Shown: positions 10,281 to 19,332, counted from the first letter of the stretch. The stretch is DNA of 64,000 nt from an uncultured Candidatus Saccharibacteria bacterium (GCA_964368835.1 CAYJCZ010000001.1:89481-153480), one strand, 5' to 3'. The notes: generated by a model not told the origin, from the letters alone. A program made the numbers and translations.

Positions 10281-10493
10281 ATGATCCCAATAAATCGACA
10301 ACGAGCGATAGATGACTTCATTCTGTTTACAACACCGCAGCCTTTTGATACAAGGCCCATGGCTAGTCCGGTAAAGACTGGCTTTACAGGCACAACACTT
10401 GCAGTTAGCCATGTTGATCCTAAGACAGGTAAGCATCCGCCTGGAGATGTACCGTCTGAGGAGGCAGCAAAGCAAATCACCCAAGAGGGGTGA
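10281..10493 (+). CDS. possible 70-aa ORF (alternatively part of a small RNA)
   Basis: The ORF ends inside a strong hairpin plus T-run (ATCACCC-aaga-GGGGTGAT-TTTTT). The region is GC-rich and lies between two tRNAs; coding status is uncertain. Confidence 0.25.
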   Translation: MIPINRQRAIDDFILFTTPQPFDTRPMASPVKTGFTGTTLAVSHVDPKTGKHPPGDVPSEEAAKQITQEG

Positions 10494-10547
10494 TTTTTTC
10501 TTAACAATTTGGAAAATATTCATTGTTGGTGTAGTATTTTCGCTATC

Positions 10548-10618
10548 GCGGGTATCGTTTAGTGGTAGGACACGTCCTTGCCAAGGATGAGGTGAGAGTT
10601 CGATTCTCTCTACCCGCA
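10548..10618 (+). tRNA. tRNA-Gly (GCC)
   Basis: GCGGGTA acceptor, anticodon stem-loop CGTCC-TTGCCAA-GGATG, T-arm GAGTTCGATTCTC. No encoded CCA. Followed by a hairpin plus T-run at 10627-10650. Confidence 0.75.
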
Positions 10619-10969
10619 CAAAGTAAAAAGCGCCTCTTGGGGCGTTTTTTGTTGCTATAAAAGGGACATTCGCCTGTCTTTGAAGTAAAGAGCGGTTTTG
10701 AAACATTAAGGGCATGAATTGCGTATAAAAAAATTCTAAAATACCGCAATAGGGTATGTGTTTTTTGAAAAACTGTGGATAACTCTGGGGATTGTGTTTA
10801 AAAGACAGTCTTTGAGAATTGCGACTAAATCTGTCTTTTGTCCTTATAAGCGCTCTATAAGGCCATAAATTGACATTTCGAATATTAGATTAAGTAATTC
10901 ACAGATTTATCCACGTCTAACAACTTTTCAGTTTAGATTTACTTTATCTGCCTGTGAAATGATGGAAAA

Positions 10970-11368
10970 ATGAAGAAATTTACATCACCAAGCCAGAAAA
11001 CCGGTGAGTTTGCTGAGAATCTTGCTGCTTTATACTTGAAAAAGATGGGTTTCACTATTCTCGATAGAAACTATACTCAAAAATGGGGAGAGATAGATAT
11101 AGTGGCTAGAAAGGGGAGAATTGTTCATTTTGTTGAGGTAAAGAGTGTTACACGTGAAAACTTTGCTACTTTTGCTGGTGATGAAGCGCGTCCAGAAGAC
11201 CAGATGCATGTTCGAAAACAAACGCGACTCATAAGGACAATAAAGACATATCTAGTCTCGCACGAGGTTGTCGACTGGCAATTTGACCTTTTGGCCTTGT
11301 ATCTCGATCATGCCCAAAGAAAAGCCTATGTAAGGCCTTTGTACGATATTATCTTAGGAGAACATTAG
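10970..11368 (+). CDS. YraN/UPF0102 family endonuclease-like protein
   Basis: GEFAENLAALYLKKMGFTILDRNY...GEIDIVARKG matches the conserved UPF0102 (YraN) N-terminal motif. Confidence 0.75.
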   Translation: MKKFTSPSQKTGEFAENLAALYLKKMGFTILDRNYTQKWGEIDIVARKGRIVHFVEVKSVTRENFATFAGDEARPEDQMHVRKQTRLIRTIKTYLVSHEVVDWQFDLLALYLDHAQRKAYVRPLYDIILGEH

Positions 11369-11412
11369 GTTTTTTGGCTGATTATGCTAGTATGTGGAAG
11401 TTCAAAAAATAT

Positions 11413-11485
11413 CGGGGCGTGGTGTAACGGCTAACATGCTTGACTTGGGATCAAGTGACTCTGGGTTCGAATCCCAGCGCCCCGA
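11413..11485 (+). tRNA. tRNA-Pro (TGG)
   Basis: CGGGGCG acceptor paired with CGCCCCG, anticodon stem-loop CTTGA-CTTGGGA-TCAAG, T-arm CTGGGTTCGAATCCCAG. Confidence 0.75.
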
Positions 11486-11505
11486 CAAGACGAAGTTTTT
11501 GGTGG

Positions 11506-11820
11506 ATGATGATCTGTATGCCAAAAAACTCTTTCATTAACGATAGATATAAGAAAGTGAGGGGAGGTTACTCACGTCTTTTAGAGATTTCCTGTGAAAA
11601 GTGCAAAGAACCTGTTTGTTCGTATCAGAAGGATGGTCCAGGTGGATTACGTAGGATGTATCTAGACCGAATACTTAATCCTCGCGTCTCAATAACTCGA
11701 AAAGACTTTTCTTGTTCAAACAATCACTTGCTTGGAGTAAAGATTGTGTACGAAAAAGAAAACCGACCAGCATTTCGACTTTTTGTAGATGCTATAAAGA
11801 AAAAGATTATCAAATCCTAA
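11506..11820 (+). CDS. small Cys-rich (zinc-ribbon-like) hypothetical protein
   Basis: CEKCKEPVCSY and CSNNH Cys pairs. The tracked ORF starts inside the tRNA-Pro, so the start was moved to the first ATG after the tRNA. Its stop overlaps the next gene's ATG (TAATG). Confidence 0.45.
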   Translation: MMICMPKNSFINDRYKKVRGGYSRLLEISCEKCKEPVCSYQKDGPGGLRRMYLDRILNPRVSITRKDFSCSNNHLLGVKIVYEKENRPAFRLFVDAIKKKIIKS

Positions 11821-12125
11821 TGTCTAAAAAATTTACGCGGACAATTGAAGACTTTGTGTGCGAACACTGCGGCACTGCTGTTGTCGGTAATGGCTATACA
11901 AATCATTGTCCAAAATGTTTATGGTCAAAGCACGTTGATATAAATCCAGGAGACAGGGAAGAGACGTGTGGTGGACTTATGGAGCCAATTCAAATAGAAA
12001 AAGAAGGTAAAGATTTTAAACTTACTCAGAAATGCGTGAAGTGTGGTTTCGCTAGGCGAGATCATTTGCGTGACGAAGACAATTTCGAAGCTTTCCTAGC
12101 GCTCTCTCGAAAATTCGGCCAGTAG
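11820..12125 (+). CDS. RNHCP-domain zinc-finger protein
   Basis: CEHCGTAV...GYTNHCPKCLWSKH...CVKCGF matches the RNHCP motif family. Start at the internal ATG overlapping the upstream stop. Confidence 0.6.
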   Translation: MSKKFTRTIEDFVCEHCGTAVVGNGYTNHCPKCLWSKHVDINPGDREETCGGLMEPIQIEKEGKDFKLTQKCVKCGFARRDHLRDEDNFEAFLALSRKFGQ

Positions 12126-12436
12126 ATTTCGTCAAGAAGATTAAAACGACTTATCTATAGGGCTAATTGACTTTTTCGTTTGAAATGGTGAATTCGGATG
12201 GTAATTGAAAGAAAATGCACTCCATCCATCCTAATTCTCTGAGTAAGGCCCGACAAACTTTTTATTGTCATTGGAATCAATCGGTGTCAAATTTTTCAGC
12301 CAGCTTTGACAGTACAATTCTCTCGTGATTTTTTATATTTCGTTTAGAATACAGGTCTATACTTTCATATGAAAGGGAGGACAGCACTCATCTTTCATAA
12401 AGGTTTTGTTTATAAGAACAACTAATGTGAAATACC

Positions 12437-12514
12437 ATGACAGGTACACCAAACACCCCAAAACAGCCTAAGCAGCCTAAGAAGCCAGCGGCTCCAGTTC
12501 CTCCAACTGCGTAA
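12437..12514 (+). CDS. possible 25-aa Pro/Lys-rich micro-ORF
   Basis: ATG...TAA encoding MTGTPNTPKQPKQPKKPAAPVPPTA, followed directly by a terminator hairpin (AAAACTCCGGA-tta-CTCCGGAGTTTTG at 12519-12548). Confidence 0.2.
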   Translation: MTGTPNTPKQPKQPKKPAAPVPPTA

Positions 12515-12616
12515 GGTATTCAAAACTCCGGATTACTCCGGAGTTTTGTTTTACACGGCTTAACCATTAGAAATTAATAGGGAAGTATGATACATTGATT
12601 CTCGTCAAAGTTACTT

Positions 12617-12687
12617 GCGGGCGTGGTTTAATGGTAGAACGATTGCCTTCCAAGCAGTACGTCCGGGTTCGATTCCCGGCGCCCGCA
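12617..12687 (+). tRNA. tRNA-Gly (TCC)
   Basis: GCGGGCG acceptor paired with CGCCCGC, anticodon stem-loop ATTGC-CTTCCAA-GCAGT, T-arm TCCGGGTTCGATTCCCGG. Confidence 0.75.
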
Positions 12688-12765
12688 CATTTTGTGAGAG
12701 ACCGAGGTGTTTGAAGGTTGATAAAGTCAGTACACAGACTTTATTAATTAAGTTATTGTAGGGGT

Positions 12766-12975
12766 ATGGAAAATAAAAAAACAGCAAAATCTTGGTTGAT
12801 ACTAGGTGCGGTCTTTATCGTCATTCTGTTTATCGCAGCCTATCTGATTAACTCAGAGATACTAGATGTGTCATATGGTGCATATACCTTGATATCAGCA
12901 ATATTCGGATTCGGCGGAACACTTTTTCTGCTTATTGGAATCATTAAACTCATCATCGAAAAGTTTCGAAAATAG
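12766..12975 (+). CDS. small membrane protein (2 predicted TM)
   Basis: 69 aa with two hydrophobic helices. Followed by the hairpin terminator at 13021-13050. Confidence 0.4.
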   Translation: MENKKTAKSWLILGAVFIVILFIAAYLINSEILDVSYGAYTLISAIFGFGGTLFLLIGIIKLIIEKFRK

Positions 12976-13020
12976 GTTTACGAACCGAGCAGGAGCCTAG
13001 AATATCTATAAGAGGAAACA

Positions 13021-13050
13021 CAAAACCCACCATGAGGTGGGTTTTGTTTT
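13021..13050. terminator. bidirectional hairpin terminator
   Basis: AAAACCCACC-atga-GGTGGGTTTTGTTTT, between convergent genes. Confidence 0.6.
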
Positions 13051-13066
13051 AGCTTGTGAGCAATAA

Positions 13067-13339
13067 TTATTTTACTGCGTCTTTCAAAGCCTTTGCTGCT
13101 CGGAACTTTGGAACCTTCATTGCTGGGACTGATATTGTCTCTCCAGTTCGAGGATTTCGAGCCTGGCGAGCCTTTCTCGTCTTTACAGAGAAGATACCGA
13201 GGCCTGCGATCGATACTTCATCGCCCTTCTTTAGACCTGCGACGATTGAATCGAACACCTTATCTACTACCTGCTCTGCCTGTACCTTGGTTGTATTGAG
13301 AACACCATGGACTGCTTCTACGATTGCTGCTTTGTTCAT
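13067..13339 (-). CDS. hup: HU family DNA-binding protein
   Basis: MNKAAIVEAV...GDEVSIAGLGIFSVKTRKARQARNPRTGETI is the canonical HU/IHF fold sequence. Confidence 0.85.
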   Translation of the reverse strand: MNKAAIVEAVHGVLNTTKVQAEQVVDKVFDSIVAGLKKGDEVSIAGLGIFSVKTRKARQARNPRTGETISVPAMKVPKFRAAKALKDAVK

Positions 13340-13563
13340 TTGATTGAAACTAGCTTATAAAGATTTACCCATAGAACCTATTACATCACTTTACATGTGA
13401 GACGTTTGGCCGCTCATAAATAAAGTAGTCTAGTGAGTTCTATCTCAGCGCGGAGAATCGCGAGGTATGGTCTATATAAAGTATATATGAAGCCATTTAT
13501 TAGGCAAATGACAAAAATATGGCTCTGTTGACAACTTTTAGACTGAAAAACAGAAATAACTAA

Positions 13564-13593
13564 AAAATGGCCCTATTGAGCCATTTTTTAAGA
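13564..13593. terminator. hairpin terminator downstream of rny (copy of the AAAAATGGC...GCCATTTTT motif)
   Basis: AAAAAATGGCC-ctatt-GAGCCATTTTTT. A degenerate copy lies at 13513-13540. Confidence 0.5.
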
Positions 13594-13595
13594 TT

Positions 13596-15125
13596 TTATC
13601 TCGCGAAATCAACCACTCTAGACTCGCGTATTAATGTAATTTTAATTTCACCTGGATACTTGAGATCGCGTTCTATCCTTTCTGCTATTGTACGTGCCAT
13701 ATTTTTTGATTCTATATCTGTGATTTCTTCCGGCTTAACAAATATGCGGATTTCGCGACCAGCTTGGAGTGCGTATGCTTTTTCTACACCAGGAAGGGAG
13801 GTTGCTATAGCCTCAAGATCCTGAAGTCGCTTGAGATAATTCTCTACGCTGTCATGTCGTGCGCCAGGGCGAGCGCCAGAAATTGCATCGGCCACCTGAA
13901 CGATGATCGATTCGACGGTTTCGTACGGATATTCCTCGTGATGAGCCTGCATTGCCTTAACGATTGCTTCATCCGCACCGAATTTCTGAAGGATTCTGCG
14001 ACCAATCTCGACATGTGTTCCCTGAACCTCATGATCAAGTGCCTTACCGATGTCATGAACAAGTGCTCCTGCCTTGGCGATTTGAACGTTTGCGCCCAAT
14101 TCCTCAGCTATCATGCCTGCTATGTGTGCCATTTCTACTGAGTGTTGGAGGACATTCTGCCCATAGGAGGTTCTGAAGTAGAGACGTCCCAATATAGCGA
14201 CAATTCGAGGGTCGAGATTCATAACGCCTGTTTCAAAGGTCGCTTGCTCGCCCTTTTCCTTAATTATCTTGTTTATGTCCTCTTTTGCTTTCTCAACAAG
14301 TTTTTCAATCTTTGCTGGCTGAATACGGCCGTCGGCAATGAGGGCTTCAAGTGCAAGTCGTGCTACCTGACGGCGGATAGGGTCAAATGACGATAGGGTA
14401 ATGCTTCCTGGGGTGTCATCAACAATGACTTCGACACCCGTTGCACGTTCAAAGCTTTTAATATTTCGCCCTTCTTTGCCAATAACCTTACCTTTGATTT
14501 CATCTGATGCGATGGCAACAGTAGTGGAAAATATATCTGCCGTAACAGCATTTCCAAGTCTCTGGATCGCCGTAGCCAAAATATCCTTTGCACGAGATTC
14601 AATCTTCTCCTGGTTAGACATTTCAAGCTTCTGCATTCGAACAACAAGATCGTCTCCATACTTTTTCTCTATGTCTTTGACGAGCTCATCCTTTGCTTCG
14701 GTTGTTGTGAGTCGTGCTGTCTTTTCAAGCACCTCAGTTCTGTCAGTCAAAAGCTTATCTGCCTTTTCTTTGATTGCTCGTATTTCGACAGCCTTACCTT
14801 TGATGCTTTCAACTTCTGAGTCTAGATCCGCCTGACGCTTCTCAAGAAGGTCTTCTTTCTTTATAAGTCGTTCTTCGGTTGCCTTAAGTTTTTCTTCTTT
14901 TTCTTTTGCCGTTTCTCGCGACTCTTTGAGAGTTTCAGCTGCCTTGTGTTCAGCTTGGAGAATAATTTTCTTTGCTTCTTCTTGCGCACCAACTTCCATC
15001 TTTTTTATCTCAAGCTCCATTGAACCGCGCTTGCCCAATGAAATGATGAGTCGCAAGTAATAGCCCAAAGCGATCCCAACAAGCCCTGCGATGCTTGCGA
15101 GAAGTATGACGATTTTAAGTGACAT
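13596..15125 (-). CDS. rny: ribonuclease Y
   Basis: N-terminal TM, long coiled-coil, KH domain (IGKEGRNIKSFERATGVEVIV) and HD domain (VHDIGKALDHE). Confidence 0.9.
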   Translation of the reverse strand: MSLKIVILLASIAGLVGIALGYYLRLIISLGKRGSMELEIKKMEVGAQEEAKKIILQAEHKAAETLKESRETAKEKEEKLKATEERLIKKEDLLEKRQADLDSEVESIKGKAVEIRAIKEKADKLLTDRTEVLEKTARLTTTEAKDELVKDIEKKYGDDLVVRMQKLEMSNQEKIESRAKDILATAIQRLGNAVTADIFSTTVAIASDEIKGKVIGKEGRNIKSFERATGVEVIVDDTPGSITLSSFDPIRRQVARLALEALIADGRIQPAKIEKLVEKAKEDINKIIKEKGEQATFETGVMNLDPRIVAILGRLYFRTSYGQNVLQHSVEMAHIAGMIAEELGANVQIAKAGALVHDIGKALDHEVQGTHVEIGRRILQKFGADEAIVKAMQAHHEEYPYETVESIIVQVADAISGARPGARHDSVENYLKRLQDLEAIATSLPGVEKAYALQAGREIRIFVKPEEITDIESKNMARTIAERIERDLKYPGEIKITLIRESRVVDFAR

Positions 15126-15343
15126 GTGTAATGGCGGCAGCTCTTCTAGCGGTCTGGATGAAATTGTGGAGGTGTCAGTTCGGGCGGGGAAAGGAAATTA
15201 GGGTTCAAGAGAATCGGTAGAGAACAACCGGTAATTTAAAAGTGGTAACGACCTCATACTACATATAAAGGAGTGGGGTGGCAAGACATAACAAAAAAAG
15301 CCTTCAAAAATAATTTCGAAGGCTTTCTTATTGTAATTTCTTA

Positions 15344-15919
15344 TTAAAGTATCTTGTCTACAACTCCATACTTTTTTGCTTCTTCAGCATCCATAAAGAA
15401 ATCTCGGTCGACATCTTTTTCAATCTGACTGATAGACTTGCCGGTGTTGTCTGCAAGAATTTTGTTGAGACGTTCACGAGTTTTCAAAATATGTTTTGCG
15501 GTGATTGCGATATCTGCAGCCTGACCTTCAACTCCACCAAGTGGCTGATGGATCATTACTTCAGCGTTCGGCAAAATGAATCGCTTTCCTTTTTCACCTG
15601 CAGACAAAATGACTGCACCCATTGATGCTGCCATTCCCACGCATACAGTCGAGACATCATTCTTGATGTGGTTCATCGTGTCGATGATTGCAAGACCTGC
15701 AGTGACTGAACCGCCTGGTGAATTTACATAAAGTGAAATATCTTTTTTCGAATCCTCTGATTGAAGGAAAAGAAATTGAGCAATGATGGTGTTAGCAACA
15801 TGATCATCAATTGGGCCAGAAAGAAAAATAATATTTTCTTTGAGGAGTCGTGAGTAGATATCATACGCTCGCTCGCCGAGGTTTGTTTTTTCAATGACTG
15901 TTGGGATGAGTATGGACAT
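15344..15919 (-). CDS. clpP: ATP-dependent Clp protease proteolytic subunit
   Basis: [14 protein letters not shown]...[13 protein letters not shown] active-site Ser block and overall ClpP length. Confidence 0.9.
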   Translation of the reverse strand: MSILIPTVIEKTNLGERAYDIYSRLLKENIIFLSGPIDDHVANTIIAQFLFLQSEDSKKDISLYVNSPGGSVTAGLAIIDTMNHIKNDVSTVCVGMAASMGAVILSAGEKGKRFILPNAEVMIHQPLGGVEGQAADIAITAKHILKTRERLNKILADNTGKSISQIEKDVDRDFFMDAEEAKKYGVVDKIL

Positions 15920-16055
15920 GTTTTTGTTGCTTACTGATTAATGTGGGATAGCGACACAATAGCAAAACCGAAGGGAAGTGCAAATGATTGACAGAACTAT
16001 TTGACCCTCTAGTATATACGTTGGTCCACCGCAACATTCAACTGATCTTTACCAC

Positions 16056-16286
16056 ATGCTTATCGGAAGATGGTTCGCTACATCAATTTTGCTCGCGATT
16101 TGTTCAACGCCGGCAGTGCTATATTCGGTCGCGCGATTTCAATCAGCGCCATCACGTTTTCAGGAGGCGTGCATTTCGTCTTCTGGCACATTTATCTTGT
16201 CAGGCCTTCAACTTATTTTTGCTATCATTTTTCTTTTTGGAATTGCCGCCATTTGGGTGCCACTTCCAGAACAGCGCCGTCCATAG
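16056..16286 (+). CDS. possible small membrane protein (76 aa)
   Basis: Hydrophobic two-helix ORF whose stop sits in the loop of a hairpin plus T-run (CCGTCC-atag-GGACGG-TGTTTTTT) at 16277-16305. Otherwise the clpP-rsmE intergenic region has only overlapping spurious ORFs. Confidence 0.25.
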   Translation: MLIGRWFATSILLAICSTPAVLYSVARFQSAPSRFQEACISSSGTFILSGLQLIFAIIFLFGIAAIWVPLPEQRRP

Positions 16287-16331
16287 GGACGGTGTTTTTT
16301 ATTTTTCGGAGTTTAGTGTAGAGTGTTTCTC

Positions 16332-17021
16332 ATGAGGTTACACCGCTTTTTCACCAAGCATATTATCGATAAAGGAAATATAAATTCTTTCTCAAATAAA
16401 GATCAAATCCACCAGTTACGGCGTGTTTTCAGGTTACATTCTGGGGATAAGTGCATCTTCTTCGAGGGGAATGGAGAGGAACATGTTTGTGAGGTCATAT
16501 CGATGACAGACGTTAAACTCGAGTTTCGAGTGCTTGAAACACATCCTGTGAAACCTGTTATTCGCAAGCTGTCTTTGGCGGTGTCTCTTATCAAAAAGGA
16601 CAATTTTGAATGGGTAATTCAAAAAGGAACGGAGCTTGGGGTGACAGAATTTATCCCCCTTGTGAGCGAACGAAGTGAGAAGAAAGGTTTCAATATGGAG
16701 CGTGCGGAAAAGATTATGATTGAGGCGCTCGAGCAGTCAGGACGAGGTGATACTGCGCACATTCAATCTCCGATTGATCTCGATGTTTTTCTTGCTTCAG
16801 AAAAAAGAAAGATCATTGCCTTTAACACATCTGGGATAAAATTTTCATCAAAAAATTCTAAAGAAGAAATTGTTGCATGTATCGGACCTGAAGGCGGTTG
16901 GTCAGAAAAAGAAATTGAAATGTTTAAAGATAAAGGTGTTGAAGTGGTAGAACTTGATACTCCAGTTCTGCGAGCCGAGACCGCAGCGATCGCCGTAGCT
17001 ACATTATTTTTGGCGCAATAA
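16332..17021 (+). CDS. rsmE: 16S rRNA (uracil1498-N3)-methyltransferase RsmE family
   Basis: MRLHRFF start, PUA-like N-domain, C-terminal GPEGGWSEKE SPOUT motif. Confidence 0.8.
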   Translation: MRLHRFFTKHIIDKGNINSFSNKDQIHQLRRVFRLHSGDKCIFFEGNGEEHVCEVISMTDVKLEFRVLETHPVKPVIRKLSLAVSLIKKDNFEWVIQKGTELGVTEFIPLVSERSEKKGFNMERAEKIMIEALEQSGRGDTAHIQSPIDLDVFLASEKRKIIAFNTSGIKFSSKNSKEEIVACIGPEGGWSEKEIEMFKDKGVEVVELDTPVLRAETAAIAVATLFLAQ

Positions 17022-17028
17022 ATTCAAT

Positions 17029-17060
17029 AAAAAAACCGCGCATCACGAGCGCGGTTTTTT
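17029..17060. terminator. bidirectional terminator between rsmE and tig
   Basis: AAAAAACCGCGC-atcacga-GCGCGGTTTTTTT. Confidence 0.65.
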
Positions 17061-17062
17061 TA

Positions 17063-18109
17063 TTACTTTTGTTTTTCTAGGAATTCAAACACGGCCTGGT
17101 TGGTAAGAATTTGTTCAAAGTAAACGCGAGCGCTTTCTGGATTTACATCTTTGTGATGTTCTTGAGCGTGCTTAACTTCAGCTTCAATTTTTTCTTTATC
17201 CGCTTCGATCTTTTCTTTCTTTGCGATGTGATCAATTGCGAGATCAAGCTTCACTCGTTTCATTGCATCCACTTTCCATTCTTTTTTTAGATCATCTTCA
17301 GACTTTTTCAAATGCTTGAGATACTCTTCAAATTTAAGTCCCATGCGCTCAATATCATGCGTCATCTGAGAAAGCATTCGGCGTAATTCTGCTTCAACAA
17401 GTACTTCAGGAATTACAACTTCCAAATCTTTGGTGAGCGCATCAACAAGTTCAAGTCGCTTCTTTTCTTTAGCCTTGTGTTCCTTTTCGCTTTCAAGATT
17501 CTTTCGAAGGATTGCTTTGAAGTCAGCGACATCTTTAAACTCACCCCAAGTTTTTACAAGATCATCAGTGAGTTCAATTGGCTTTGCTGGCTCATCTGCA
17601 TCACTTTTCTTTGTACCGATGCGAGCGTAATTATTCTTGATGTCTTCAATTGCTTTGTCGACTTCTGTGTCCGTCACGGCGATCACATCATCCTTCTTTT
17701 TATTTTCTTTTGCTGCAATTTCTTTGTAACCAAACTTTCCTATTTCAGGAACGACTGCAGTGATGATAGTAAATTCAAGTGGATTACCTTCTGCGATTTT
17801 TGTAATTGAAACTCGTGGATGTCCGATCGCATCAATTTTTTCTGCTTCAAGAATGTGACTGTATGCGTGTGAGATTGCATGCTCAGCTGCCTCGCTTAAA
17901 AGTGCAGCACCGCCAATTTTTTCTCGAACAAGTTTTTCAGGAGCCGCACCCTTTCTAAAGCCGGGCATAGTTATCTCCTTTTTAATTTCCATGAGTGTTT
18001 CTTCTACCGCTTCCGCAAACTCCTTGGCATCTATCGAGCTCTTAATCTCAACTTCGCCTGTTTCAGGGAGCTTCTTTGTAACTGCTTTATATGAATGATG
18101 TGATGACAT
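17063..18109 (-). CDS. tig: trigger factor
   Basis: PGFRKGAAPEKLVREKIG ribosome-binding N-domain signature. Start moved to the internal Met (MSSHHSY), since the tracked ORF has a 72-aa extra leader overlapping the upstream gene. Confidence 0.8.
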   Translation of the reverse strand: MSSHHSYKAVTKKLPETGEVEIKSSIDAKEFAEAVEETLMEIKKEITMPGFRKGAAPEKLVREKIGGAALLSEAAEHAISHAYSHILEAEKIDAIGHPRVSITKIAEGNPLEFTIITAVVPEIGKFGYKEIAAKENKKKDDVIAVTDTEVDKAIEDIKNNYARIGTKKSDADEPAKPIELTDDLVKTWGEFKDVADFKAILRKNLESEKEHKAKEKKRLELVDALTKDLEVVIPEVLVEAELRRMLSQMTHDIERMGLKFEEYLKHLKKSEDDLKKEWKVDAMKRVKLDLAIDHIAKKEKIEADKEKIEAEVKHAQEHHKDVNPESARVYFEQILTNQAVFEFLEKQK

Positions 18110-18212
18110 ATATATGTATTGTTGTGACAGGAAGTCTATCCGCAAAGAGCGGTTTTGTCCATAAATTGAATATGAGGGTAAGCAAAAGCCCCGTTTCCGG
18201 GGCTTAGTGCTT

Positions 18213-18506
18213 TTATATGCTTTCGAGACCTGTGAGATCAACATCTGTTGAGCCACTTGTCTGAAGTTCTGCTTCGAGGTCAGATACTTCGTCAGAATTG
18301 TTTGATGGAGGCATTGCTTCATCATTTGCGAGCATGGTTTCAGTAGTAGTAACTGTTGCTTCTGCTCCGTTTCTATTAGTGATTTTCTCTCCCCAGAAAT
18401 AAAGCGCAGCTATAACAAGAAGAATGAGTACAACAACAATAGCGATAATAGGGCCGAGGCTCTTCCTATGCATTGTTTCTGGTGCCTGAGGTTGAATTGG
18501 ATCCAT
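18213..18506 (-). CDS. hypothetical single-pass membrane protein, acidic C-terminus
   Basis: TM helix IIAIVVVLILLVIAALYFW. Terminator AAGCCCCGGAAACGGGGCTTTT downstream at 18181-18212 on the minus strand. Confidence 0.45.
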   Translation of the reverse strand: MDPIQPQAPETMHRKSLGPIIAIVVVLILLVIAALYFWGEKITNRNGAEATVTTTETMLANDEAMPPSNNSDEVSDLEAELQTSGSTDVDLTGLESI

Positions 18507-18525
18507 ATGTTTTTACTTATACTAA

Positions 18526-19332
18526 TTAAATTGTGCCACTAGATGTAGTGCTTGTTGTAGATGTAGAGGTAGTCGTTGTTGCTGGTCGTGGTTTGCTGTC
18601 ATCCCTTCGATCCTCTCTTCGGTCCTCTCTACGAACATCACCCTGCATACCCTTCATATCTGCAACAACCTTCATAAGTGCCTGTCGCGCATCCTGGATT
18701 GCAGTCTGAGCCTTTTTTACGGCCGTCTTAAGCGCTTCTGAGGTAGTTTTTGGTGTGGTGGTTGATACTGGTACTGAGAAGACTGCTTGTACTGTGGTGC
18801 TTGCAGTAGCGAGCTTTGAAACAGCAATCGCGAGATCAGCTCGAGCGGCAGTGGTTGTTGCACCTGCAGTCTCGAATTTTGTAAGACGAGTTTCTATTCG
18901 AGTTTTCGTAGAATTTAGTTCTGCCAAAGCACGAACGAGTCTTTTGCCAGAGTTTTCAAGAATGTTTGAGAGTCTCTCTGAGATATCATCCTTCTTATCC
19001 TCTCTTCGATCCTTGATTTCCTCCTTTCGCTCCTTCAAATCCTCCTTTTTCTCCTCACGCTCTTCGTTCATGTCGTCTTTCTTGTCTCGAAGTTCAGTCT
19101 TCTTTGCTTCGATCTGAGCCTTAAGAGCGTCTCTCTTTGATTCAAGCTCTTCCTTCTTTTTTTCGAGCGCCTCTTTGTTGCTAGAGGTCGCTGCTCGCGC
19201 TTTCACATTCACTTTAACTGGCGTTGTTGAGCCATTTACAGTGAGTTCAAGTGACGCTTCTTCTGCTGAAACGGTGAGCGCTCCAGAGAAGATAAATGCC
19301 ACAGCCGCGAATAATGCTACTGATGTTTTCAT
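18526..19332 (-). CDS. secreted charged coiled-coil protein with Thr/Ser-rich C-terminus
   Basis: Signal peptide, K/E/R/D-rich heptad-like repeats, REDRREDRRDD, then TTTTSTSTTSTTSSG. Confidence 0.5.
   Translation of the reverse strand: MKTSVALFAAVAFIFSGALTVSAEEASLELTVNGSTTPVKVNVKARAATSSNKEALEKKKEELESKRDALKAQIEAKKTELRDKKDDMNEEREEKKEDLKERKEEIKDRREDKKDDISERLSNILENSGKRLVRALAELNSTKTRIETRLTKFETAGATTTAARADLAIAVSKLATASTTVQAVFSVPVSTTTPKTTSEALKTAVKKAQTAIQDARQALMKVVADMKGMQGDVRREDRREDRRDDSKPRPATTTTSTSTTSTTSSGTI

Noticed and set aside
10254-10749. ORFs 10254-10715 (-), 10211-10507 (-), 10543-10749 (-) and 10399-10590 (+)
   Set aside because: They overlap tRNA-Gly and the terminator and one another in several frames. 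This region is better explained by tRNA, terminator and possibly an sRNA.
13764-14835. Several plus-strand ORFs (13764-14141, 13964-14176, 14142-14390, 14401-14835)
   Set aside because: All are antisense to rny, which has strong domain evidence.
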